NCBI GenBank assembly: GCA_022813965.1
Contig: JALDZS010000006.1
Location: 248,001-281,171 of the forward strand
DNA from: Toensbergia leucococca
Taxonomy: Eukaryota
DNA: 33,171 bases
Direction: 5' to 3'
Shown: positions 12,679 to 23,025 of the stretch, in pieces
Layout of the letters: each line of letters starts with the position of its first letter
How positions within the stretch are numbered: the first letter of the stretch is position 1
The notes under the pieces: model-generated
Told to the model about the DNA's origin: nothing
Databases searched by the model: none
The model's input: only the letters and a program-made list of their open reading frames with translations
Program-made: the position numbers and the translations under genes

Positions 12679-13365
12679 TCTGGCCGTTAAATATGTATAT
12701 CATATATCAACAAGCAGCATGTGAGACAATTTTGAAGGATCATAACGAGCAAGGCATGCCTTCTTCTAATGTAATTAGCAGCTGCAAGGCAAAGTCAGGC
12801 AGCCTGGTGTGCCACACTACAGCCAACGTGTATGCAGACAAAGGCGGGGCAGTACATCTGTCAGTCTTTGATTCGACGTACATGGCTTGCATGCATGTTG
12901 TTCTGCAAAGCTACATGCCTTTGCCAATGACAACGATGAGCTGCTTTTCCATTAGCCCTGTCTATCCACTGAGTTGTATATTTCTACCCTTATGTGGCTC
13001 GACGAGCAGGCCTCACTCCATCTCTTGCAGCTTGTGATTTGACTGTCAGACTGTTTTTTCGGACTGATACTCGTACTCGTGCGAGTACAGGAGCAAGGCT
13101 CGTATCACTTTCAACTCGTGTTGTTCACGCAGTCAGGAAGAGGGGGACGGCTAATCTCCTGCTGCCTGATATCTTGAAGACGAGGTGTAAAGTGTTGGTT
13201 TTAGAGTAATTGTTGGGTTCAATACCCAGGAAAAAGGAAGCTCTTTTTTAAATGGAAATGTCTGGAGGATCATGAGTTGTGTGTCACATCGCATGAGGAC
13301 CACGCAATTCCACCGACAAGATGCAAGCTCATCCTACGCGCAACATGAACCAATAGATATCATCC

Positions 13366-13822
13366 ATGGATGACAAAGACCGACTCTACAAACTGTATGT
13401 CGGTTCACACATGAAGTTTCTCTCATGAATAGAGCTAATTTAGTACCCCAGTTTCTCCGACAGCTCACGTGAAAGAGGCTGACATGATCCCGTAGGATGT
13501 GGCGAATGGCGATAGCTCATGTGCAAGCCGTCACAGTCTCTGAAGCTTCAAACAAGCGCTTCCTCGTTTCCTAGGATTAGATCTCATCGCAGGCCATCGC
13601 GGATGCATTGATGGAAAACATTTCCGGACTTGAAATACGGACGCCGATCGGGAAGCCTGGGACTATTTCTTTGCCACCGGGCGCATACACGGCGGATAGC
13701 TTACTGGCTTTGAAACTACTTGAGCTCTAAAGTTCAGAGAGCCCAAGGAGACTTTGGTGAATTTGGCAGAGCAGCTGCTGGAGATTGAGGGGGACGAAGC
13801 GTTGAGAGACGTCTTTGTGTAG
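13366..13822 (+). pseudogene. 3' remnant of a GRE2/DFR-like NAD(P)-dependent epimerase-dehydratase (extended SDR)
   Basis: Frame 13515-13727 reads AHVQAVTVSEASNKRFLVS*D*ISSQAIADALMENISGLEIRTPIGKPGTISLPPGAYTADSLLALKLLEL, then shifts frame to KFREPKETLVNLAEQLLEIEG. This resembles the family C-terminus (DVRDVAxAH...KRF...Q.IADIL...L..R...ET..D...QL). A relic intron GTATGT...GCTAAT...CAG lies at 13395-13451. No N-terminal Rossmann motif was seen. Confidence 0.75.
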
Positions 13823-14346
13823 TTCGCGTTTCTCCAATTGGAGAGCGATGTTTTGTCTTGCATGGTTGGAAATAGTACTGGCAATAATTCAGAGACATGT
13901 TCTCAGTGAATTGGACTCCGTTGAAGCTGTTTCCCTCTTCACAAGATTTTGTGCTTGATTATGAGTATTGTCAGAGTTATACGAATTAAGAAGTCATCTA
14001 ATGAAGTCACTGGCGTAATCTCCTCCTCAAAGGCTAAACACTATAAGTACTCTGCCTCAAGAAGCAGAGTAGGCAATGGATCTTCATAGCTGCTATTTTT
14101 GTGTGAGAACAGTGAAACTGTCAAAGAATCTATAAATTAGCTACAAGCGTAATATTCAGGAAATCAGGATAATTCCCTATGCACCCAGGGCCTCACCAAT
14201 GCCTAATCAGGTATGGGTAAGGGGGCGGTGTCGATTTATTAAAAGGGGGCGTCGGAATAGTAAGACCCATCCAGGATAGACACAAGTCGTTTTGATACAA
14301 GTAGAGATCTGCCCTGCTATAGCTTCTATTTTGCGCCAAATTTCGT

Positions 14347-15452
14347 TCAGATCTGTAGCATTCTGATTTTGGTCCTCTTCGGTAGGGGCTCGAATAGTAA
14401 ATCTTTCTCTAATCTGCTTGAGCATTCATACCAGTCGAAGTTAGATATCGTGACAGTACTAGTAATGGCAAGTGATCCAAGCTGTTGTAGGCGCTCAACA
14501 GTGAAGGACGTATGGTCGACGCTTGGCAAACCTCGGCTGTCCTTGTTCTCATCCCACACACGAACATCTAGTTGATCTAGAAATAAGCGAAGATTTGGAT
14601 TCTCCATGACTTCCTGAAAAGCTTGCTCTAGCGTTGCTTCCCTGACATTCGATGCCCTTGGCATTCTATCACCATACTCGTCCATTTCGTCACCGTACGG
14701 TAATGGTATTGATATAGAGCTGATTAGAAGGTGTGAGCCGGAAGGTCTGTCTTTGATGAAAGGAATCAATGTGTCTATTGTGTCCACAAAAAAGCGATTG
14801 CGATCATAAAAGATGAATCTTGCCTCTGTGCAGATTTGACGGGAAACTAGGAACAGCTGGACAGCAGGGCGTGATTTAAGGTAGTAGCTATCAAGATGGT
14901 AGGTTGTACGCTGGCTTTCTCCTGTGAAACTCCAGTCACGGGTTGTATAAGAAGTTCGGAGCCAGGCTGGGTCATAACAGGTGGGCGACAGTTCACGAAT
15001 AACCAATCCACCAATATGATCCTGAATAAGTTTACCGTGGCCGTCGTCAATCCAAGAGTCTTCATCAACCATTAGAATGGAGTAGATGCGGTTCCGGATC
15101 TCGGAAGGTAGATCAAGAAGCCGGAATGGTTGATAGTCGCTTGGATTAATTAGTCAGTATTCCAAATGAGGATGCAAGGAAGTAGGACAAACACTGACGT
15201 TGATTGTCTGTTTCTCACTTCTTTTCCATTGGATTTGGTGTCATTTGGGGCTTTGGCCATTGATTGCTGATCGTTCACCTCGGCAAAAAAGTCAAGGCAG
15301 CTATTAAGATAGGGCACAAGTGAGTCGTATGATACTAGTTCCTCTCCCGGAAGGTCAAGCATGGCCTTGGTCTCTGCAATGAGTTGACCCGCTTGGTCTT
15401 GGAGGTTAGAAGGTCGCTTACCCACAGGGGGCCACTGCTTCTGGCTTGTCAT
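14347..15452 (-). CDS. Hypothetical protein with fungal F-box-like 'FRLLDLPxEIRNxIY' motif; exons 15452-15199 and 15139-14347; 348 aa
   Basis: Intron 15198-15140 (GTCAGT...CTAAT...AAG) joins two track ORFs in frame and gives DYQPFRLLDLPSEIRNRIYSILMV; the later LFLVSRQICTEARFIFYDRNRF is typical of this fungal family. Confidence 0.78.
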
Positions 15453-16432
15453 TGCTGCTCAATTCGGAAAAGGTCTTTACATGTACACGGAGAAGAAAAG
15501 ATTTTCGATGCAGTAATTGAGCTCAGTGCGGGCCCTCGGATGTTGTGCAGTCGAATTTATTCGCCTATTGTTTGCCACAAGGCTGAATCACCAAATCACC
15601 ATCATTCTATTTCCCGCATTTTTCCAAACCTCCACGAATATCATAAATGAAAATGTCCCCCAGACAATCCAGAAATTTTTCACATTGACTCATAGCTTTC
15701 GACAGCCTCAAGTAATATGTGGCTTATCACGATAGCGATATCCAGCCCGGTGATTGGATATGTCTTGTGGCTTTGGAAGCTTGGACGCGACTCGTCAGAT
15801 GAAACCTGATAATCGAATCCAAATATCCGGACAGGCTTAATAGCGTTGTGGTACGGAGTAGCAGGTCAGTACTCCGCAACACGAGTTGGAGACTGGAGAG
15901 GAGGTGGAAGACATTGACGCTAGGTAACGACTATCAATCCCTTCTGCCAGCAGTTCATTGGCTCTCCATGAATAGCCACTCCTGAAGCTTATGCATCCTG
16001 GTGCATCGGTCCGCCCCGATTGGAGTGGCCGGCCAACGTCCAAGAAGCAGCGATCCTCGCTCACCATCCTATGACTGGGGACCATCCTGTCCCTGTTTCT
16101 CATGTGTGATCGGCCCTGCCTCCAGAAGAGGATGTTGATATGCTGTTGAAGACTAAGATCAATCATCATCCTTGCTGCTCAAGCAAGTCATTCCCGGCCG
16201 CGACGGCTGCAGCTCCCCCTCATCGGAAGAAGACCAAAATTGGATGGTCGATAACTGTGCAATTTCTCGTCGCACGCCGTCTTATCAGGAGGAGGCAATG
16301 GTGGTGTACAACCTTGATGTCTGTTTCCTAGTCTTGTGTTAGCATGACTTGCTATATATTGTCTTGCTTTTCAGGCGTCGAGAATGGATCCAGACTGTCC
16401 ACTTTTCCTTCTCTACTCGCTTGGCGAACACA

Positions 16433-18047
16433 ATGCTGCTCACTGCTCGACTTCTCTTTGCGGGCCTCGCCCTTTCTAGTCTCACCTTGGCCGCTCCCTA
16501 TGGGGGTAACGATGACTCTAGTCCCAAGGACAAGCGTTCTTTTGTTGAACGCGATGGTGTCACCTATACTGTCTTTGAGCATGCAGCCACCGGTTCCAAA
16601 ATCGAATTTGTCACAAATTCTGGCATTTGCGAGACAACGCCGGGTGTCAATCAATACTCTGGCTATCTCTCCGTAGGTACCAATATGAACATGTGGTAAG
16701 AAACTACTCTCTCAACTCCAGTACTAGCATTAAAATTCATAGGTTCTGGTTCTTCGAAGCTCGTAACAGTCCTACAACGGCTCCTCTTGCAACATGGTTC
16801 AACGGTGGTCCAGGTTGCTCCAGCATGATCGGACTTTTCCAGGAGAACGGACCTTGTCAGTTCTATAACGGGGCTTCTACACCATCACTTAATCCATATA
16901 GCTTCAATACATACGCCAACATGCTGTACGTCGACCAGCCGATTGGTACCGGGTTCTCTTACGGCACCGACTCGGTCACTTCGACCGTGACTGCCGCTCC
17001 ATATGTGTGGACTCTTTTGCAGGCATTCTATGCACAATTTCCGCAATACGAGAACCGTGACTTTGGCATTTTTACCGAATCCTACGGAGGGCACTATGGA
17101 CCAGAATTCGCCTACTATTTTGAACAACAAAACGCTGCTATTGCCAAAGGCACTATCAAAGGTGAAACCATCGACCTCATAGCCCTTGGTATCAACAACG
17201 GATGGTATGATCCTGTGTTGCAGTTCAAAGCATATGTAGACTTTTCTTACAACAATACATATAAGCAACTCATCTCAGCTTCGCAGCATACAACGTATCT
17301 CAATACTTACAATACCAAATGCCTCCCTCCGTTAAATACCTGTTACAGCTCGGGGACGAATTCGGCATGCGAAAACGCCGATAACGTCTGCCAAAATGAT
17401 ATTGAGGACCCCCTATCTGAGACAGCTGATTTCGACGTGTACGACATTCGGGAACCGTCAGACGATCCGTATCCTCCCACAACGTATATTTCATACTTAC
17501 AGAGTAGTTCAGTCATGACAGCAATTGGTGCGAAGACTACTTATCAAGAATGTCCAGATGCGCCATACGATAAATTCGTCAGTACTGGAGATGGTGCGTT
17601 CTTTCATTGCATGTGTACTAAGGCCCTCCAAGACTTTACTGACCATAAGCACAGATGCCCGGTCGTTCCTCGCTCAGCTTGGCGACGTAGTCTCATCTGG
17701 AGTGACTACGGTGATGTGGGCAGGTGACGCAGACTGGATCTGTAACTGGTTCGGCGGGCAGGCCGCTGCCAATGCGGTCTCGTACTCGGGTCAGTCCACG
17801 TTTGAGAGCAAGCCTCTCGCTTCGTACACTGTTGCTGGGACAGCGGGTGGAGCGTTCAAATCGGTGGGCAGCCTCTCGTTCCTCCGGGTCTTTGGAGCCG
17901 GGCATGAGGTTCCATATTACCGTGAGTACCTTAATAACTTTCTCTTATTGGGAATATGGTGAACTAAGACTTCCGTGTGCAGAACCTAAACTCGCCCTAC
18001 AGGTGTTTGAACAAACAATGAAGAAAATGGCAATTTCTTCTACCTGA
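16433..18047 (+). CDS. Secreted serine carboxypeptidase, family S10 (carboxypeptidase S1-like); exons 16433-16695, 16743-17593, 17655-17921, 17983-18047; 481 aa
   Basis: Signal peptide MLLTARLLFAGLALSSLTLA, KR pro-site, QYSGY, WFNGGPGCSS, YVDQPIGTGFSY, catalytic Ser (TESYGGHY), Asp (GDADWICNW) and His (AGHEVPYYQP). Three GT-AG introns. Confidence 0.95.
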
Positions 18048-18568
18048 AAATTTCTGGACTTCTTGAATCCAAGCCGTCTGTACAATTTTCGCGTCCATTT
18101 CTCTACGATTGTTGGTGTTTCATGCGCAGAGAAAGTGAGTGGCAAGTCTAATTTGATGGAGTAAATGTCTATAAGACAAAGCAATGCTCTCAAGTCAAAC
18201 AGTCTGATCCAAAGCTTACGGGAGTGAAACGGTCTTGAACCCAACAGCGATGGACATTTGGGGAGACTTGTGACTTGGAATGATGCTTGTGGCTAGAATA
18301 CTCGTACTCGTACCTAGTCGCAGAAGATGCTTACGAACTTGGATTAGCTCTGTCTCGGAATAGAAGAGGAAAAGCTTAAGGTTGTATGAATTCCAGTGCG
18401 TCGTCATGATGCGTACCATGTGACGAAGTCTAAGGATCCTTTAGGTACCTAGATGCTCTGTCAATGATACCTACTCCGTATTGATGCACGATTAATGGTG
18501 GAGGTACGGATATCCGTACGAGGAATCGTTAGTGGGTTAGTCGTTAATCATTGTGGACCCCGCCTTGG

Positions 18569-18579
18569 CCAATCACGTG
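18569..18579 (+). promoter_or_regulatory. CCAAT box overlapping a CDEI/Cbf1-type site (ATCACGTG) upstream of CBF1
   Basis: CCAATCACGTG; RTCACGTG is the established Cbf1 consensus. A second CACGTG is at 19138-19143. Confidence 0.45.
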
Positions 18580-19044
18580 CAGATGTCCGACCTATCATGG
18601 TGCAGCTCCCAAAGCAAGACCCGTGACCTTGTGCATGAAGGACCAAGGACTGGAATCAGATCAATTGGGATAGGCAGCATTGATGAATGAAATCATTATC
18701 ATTATCATTTCCTCCCCGCTATCACTAAGTAGTATCAACTATCATCCCCCGAACTTCTCCCAACTTCCTGTCTTTGCCAGCTTTATCGACCGACCACACC
18801 ATCGGCCAGCGCGTGATCCAGTGAGTTCCCCCCCCCCAATCTTTTCATTCCACCCTGTACCTACCTTCATGACCCCTCGACATTTCCTAGCAATGTTCTC
18901 TACACACCTTCCCCAAGCGCTTAGCCATCCCTCCCTGTTCGAACAGAAACCGAGGCGTGACATGCCCAATCTGAAATTGCACCTATCAGCGTTTCCGCAT
19001 TCTGCCAGACAAACCAAAGTCATGTAGCTGGCAATCCCGCCACA

Positions 19045-19059
19045 ATGGTCCAGTATTGA
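19045..19059 (+). promoter_or_regulatory. Candidate uORF MVQY* in the CBF1 leader, followed by a candidate 5'UTR intron 19064-19174
   Basis: gccacaATGGtccagtatTGA with strong fungal start context; CAG|GTAGTG donor, GCTGAC branch at 19154-19159, CTAG acceptor ending at 19174. Confidence 0.45.
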
Positions 19060-19582
19060 CCAGGTAGTGGAATATATCTCGCTCCATCTTATTTGGCATC
19101 GCGTGCTTGCATGACTTGTGATACATCTACATTGCACCACGTGTTGAATAACTGCTGACCTGATGAACTACTAGGCCTCATCTCAAGGCAATCCCTTAAC
19201 CGCCTGCGCAAACTGCTGCACCGAAGCGGGCCTGAATCCTACCCGACCAGCAGAGCGTGTCCCCGGCGGCTTTGGTGGCCGTCGCAAACTGCCCGTACCT
19301 TCAATTGCTTTGTTCTTTTCTATGGTAACGAACTGCCAAGTACCTTACCGACCACGAACACCTACGGCATAAGGTGTTCATCCGAAGTCGAGGGTTTCAG
19401 GGAGAAGAATCCCATTGTGCAGCAAGCCGCTGTGATCGAACTCGTGTAACTGAAAAAGGGTCGGTATAAACATCCGGACTACCTTATCTCACGAGCATTA
19501 CCATCGCTGGCCTATGCGACCGTGGGGACGTTGTTCCACAGATCAGAACTCCTATCATTTACCCTAGGTCTCTTCTGGCGCA

Positions 19583-20612
19583 ATGACTGACCACATGAGC
19601 TATCCCGGACATAACGAGCATGAACCGACGGAACAAGAAAGGGCAGAGATTGCCGTAAATCAGGCTCTCCAGAACCTCAATGCGAAGAAAAGGAAACGAG
19701 ACACTTCCGATCTTGACACAAAATTGTCAAGCTCAAAGCGGGCATCTTTATCGAATAATGCGAATGGAAACAGTCATGACATTAGTCTCTATTCGGATCC
19801 TATGCGCGATCAATCAACCGGTTCCCACGACTTTTCGCAGCTATCTCAACAGCTAGTTCGACATGTAGCCGGCGCGAATCATGGCTTACCGGATGCAGCT
19901 CATGCAAGCTCGACGGCAGCTGCGGCTCTTGCCGGGATCATGCCACAATTAACAGTACCGCAACCTACCGAACTATCTTTTGCAAGCTCGGGGTCCGGAA
20001 CTGATGGGGATCGGCAATTAGATTCCTCATTTGACATGGATACTGGTCAAAATCATCACAATCAAGGACCTCCTTATAATCTCGGTGTGTTCCACGGCGG
20101 AGGGACTGCCGCTCAAGTACAGGCTGCTCGGGAAGCATCTAACGGTGGTGGCGGGAAGCCACCAGTAGGATCAGAGGAGTGGCATAAAGTCCGAAGAGAT
20201 AATCATAAAGAAGGTAGGTATTATCTTGACTTTTTCGACCCAATGGCACTAATGCTCGTCCTCAGTTGAACGGCGGCGTCGAGAAACAATCAATGAAGGT
20301 ATCAATGAGCTCGCGAAAATCGTACCCGGCTGCGAAAAGAACAAGGGGTCAATACTGCAAAGGGCCGTTTCCTATATCACGTCGCTGAAAGACAACGAGA
20401 CGAAAAACATTGAAAAATGGACACTGGAGAAGATGGTAAACGACCAAGCGATTGCGGAACTGAGTACAAGTGTTGGAAAGTTAAGGAGTGAACTGGAAAA
20501 AGCATGGGGCGAACGTAGCAAGTGGAAAAAGATGTACCAGGACAACATTGGGTTGGAGACGAGAACGACAGAAGACGATGCCGGCGGCACGGAAGATGAT
20601 GGCGATCTGTGA
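19583..20612 (+). CDS. CBF1: bHLH-zip transcription factor, Cbf1 homologue; exons 19583-20213 and 20266-20612; 325 aa
   Basis: Spliced bHLH KPPVGSEEWHKVRRDNHKEVERRRRETINEGINELAKIVPGCEKNKGSILQRAVSYI...NIEKWTLEKM...QAIAELS is characteristic of Cbf1; intron GTAGGT...CTAAT...CAG. Confidence 0.94.
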
Positions 20613-21138
20613 CCTTTGTCATATTAACCGCCTGATGAGAACACCTTTTCAATGATACCAATCCCTCATTTCATCATTCTTCTTCAACTAGCCATAGGGG
20701 CGGTCCAATTGTCCACGATAAAGTGTACCACTCACGCCAACGACTTTCTGGGCGCCCGACTCCAGCGAGTGCGCGCTCGCCTCCCATTTATTCCAAACAT
20801 GTCTTACGATTCATATGCATCTTTTGTTTATGAGCTCTCATGTGGCGTTTCGTCTTTGACGGGTTGGGTGGATCTTTTTTTTTCTATTTTCGAGACTCAC
20901 ATCGAGTGGCACCATCTGAGTGGCTTATTTGCTTTGTGTGGTTTTATTTTTTTTTGGTCATCTGGCTGTATGGGCTTGGGCTGGGATTCTGGGGGGTTTT
21001 CGGCTTTTGCGGCATTCGGTAGGGTCTTTTGTGTTTCTGTTGTTGGGGTGGGGCGAGGGGTAGAATCGATGTAGATGAATGAGCCTTGGGTGTGAGGCGA
21101 GGGACTTTGGCTAGAACTTATGTTTTGATGCTGTAGGT

Positions 21139-21156
21139 TGTGTGTGTGTGTGTGTG
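21139..21156. repeat. (TG)9 microsatellite
   Basis: Read directly from sequence. Confidence 0.9.
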
Positions 21157-21739
21157 TAGGGGGGAATTTGCATCTATTAAAGAAGCTTTTGAGCTGTTGT
21201 CCACTTTGTGTTGATGTGACTTCTGTGCCTTTCTTTCATCATCGTTTCGATTTTTCTTTTGGGTGGATGGTGTGCGGGAGGGGGGTAAGATTTGTTCATT
21301 TGTGGTGTTTTGTTTTTTTTCGTTTTGTTTTTGTGTGTGTTTTCCTCAACTCAACTCAACTCACTCCCCTTTTCCTTGATGGTTGTCCTCCATCTCCCCC
21401 GTTCCCCCGTCGAAGGGAATAAATTTCCCAACCCTAATTCCTAGAAATCCCAACCCCCTCCCTCCATCCATCCATCCGCACCCAATCCTCACTTTCTTTT
21501 TTTTATATATTTCTATGCAACACGTAGCTTTTTTTTTTCGGAATTTGCCCCCTCTCTCCCCCTCTCTCCCCCTCCCCCCCTCCAACCACCAACAACGTAG
21601 GGCGCTTATATTTTTCATAAAGTATCAAAAAGCTAGAATCCCCCCTTCCCCCCCCCAGCCTTTTTCATAAAAGAAATTTCTTGAAACCAAAAATATCCTG
21701 AAATTCTCAAGGGGGCGGTTGGTCTTTTGAGTGAGGGGA

Positions 21740-21769
<30 letters not shown>
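21740..21769. repeat. (AAG)10 microsatellite
   Basis: Read directly from sequence; it explains the poly-Lys/poly-Phe spurious ORFs here. Confidence 0.92.
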
Positions 21770-21770
<1 letters not shown>

Positions 21771-21903
21771 GTTTACTCACCTGCCCCCCCACCCTCCAAT
21801 TTGAGGGAAAGATGATGAAGGAGATGGGTTGGGTTTTGTGCAAGTGGTGTTTTGATGGATGGAGGGGAGGTGATGATGAGGAGATTGAGAGGGGGGGTGT
21901 GAA

Positions 21904-21956
21904 GTGTGATTTGAAAGGGGGGGATGAAATGTGTGTTTTGAAAGGGGGGGATGAAA
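21904..21956 (+). repeat. Tandem duplication of a 26-nt G7-containing unit (period 27, one mismatch)
   Basis: GTGTGATTTGAAAGGGGGGGATGAAA (21904-21929) and GTGTGTTTTGAAAGGGGGGGATGAAA (21931-21956). Confidence 0.85.
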
Positions 21957-22643
21957 GGGTTGATGCAAAGGTGTATGAGAAAGTGTATATGTCAATCCGA
22001 AGACAAACCCCTTACCCCACACCCCCCAACCCCACCCCAATCCTCCTTCTTCCCCTATTCCTCCTCCCCAATCCTCCTTCCTCAACCGCAATCCTCCCCC
22101 CTTATCCCTCCCCTATCCTTCCCCAACATCCCTCAAACCGAAGCGAATATAGCATCAAACCCCCAACTCCAAACCTCCAAAAACTCCAAAACTCGAAACC
22201 CAAAACCCCACCTCCCGCCTCTCACCCTCCCATCAAATTTCAAAGGAATAGAGGAAGTGAGGTCGTCTTTTCCATTTCCATTCCTTTCTTTTCCTTTCTT
22301 TTCCTTTCTTTTCTTTGAGATTTAGATCGAGATTGAGAGACTAACTTAATTTTCAGAGACCGTAGCAGATAAAAGACCGACTTCCACAGCTTTCATGGCT
22401 CGGCACGTAGGGAGCAACGCCACACCCAACACAAGCGTCGAACAAAATAAGAGAGACCTCGAACCAAAATCTCGAGAAAACGAAATCCATCGATTGCGCA
22501 CACCACAAAAACACACTACTTTGTCTGAAAGAGAGGGGTAAGTAGGTCGAGGAGGGTCAGGATTTTCTGATCAAGGAAGCGTTTGGTTGGTTTTTGTGGA
22601 GTTTGATCTGTTGAAGGAGTGGGGGGAGGGGGGGGGCGGAATG

Positions 22644-22663
22644 GTGTGTGTGTGTGTGTGTGT
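22644..22663. repeat. (GT)10 microsatellite next to long G runs
   Basis: Read directly from sequence. Confidence 0.9.
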
Positions 22664-23025
22664 TTGTGTGGAAAAGAGAGGAAGGAGGAGGAGGAGGAGC
22701 AGGGGCTAGGATGGAATCTCTGCATTTATACTCCGTAGTATGTGGGAAATGGGGAGGTGCGAGATTTTGTTTGATATTTCACTTGGAACTGGGAAGACGT
22801 GTGAGATTAGGACGAGATGAGCAAGGATGGCAAAACAAGCCCATTGGGTTTATTAAGAATGGAAAAAAAAAGAAAAAAAAAATACCGGGTAGAAGGTACG
22901 CATGAAAATAAGAAAAAGTCTTCCTATATTGAAAAAAAAAACTCAACCCAAATCATACCCATACAAACAAAAACACAAAAACAAAAGCAACCCCGAACCC
23001 TGAACCCCCGGCCGCCGCTCTACAC

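Noticed and set aside
12700..14071. Telomerase RNA candidate (ATAAGT at 14043-14048 followed by the hairpin TACTCTGC/GCAGAGTA)
   Set aside because: No TAACCCTAA-type template upstream on that strand, and much of the interval is explained by the reductase pseudogene.
18680..19027. 115-aa ORF upstream of CBF1, possibly extended by TAG readthrough
   Set aside because: Not protein-like, no recognisable homology, and the extended frame does not reach the CBF1 CDS.
20652..21960. Multiple track ORFs rich in Phe, Val, Gly, Lys or Pro
   Set aside because: By-products of microsatellites and skewed low-complexity sequence.
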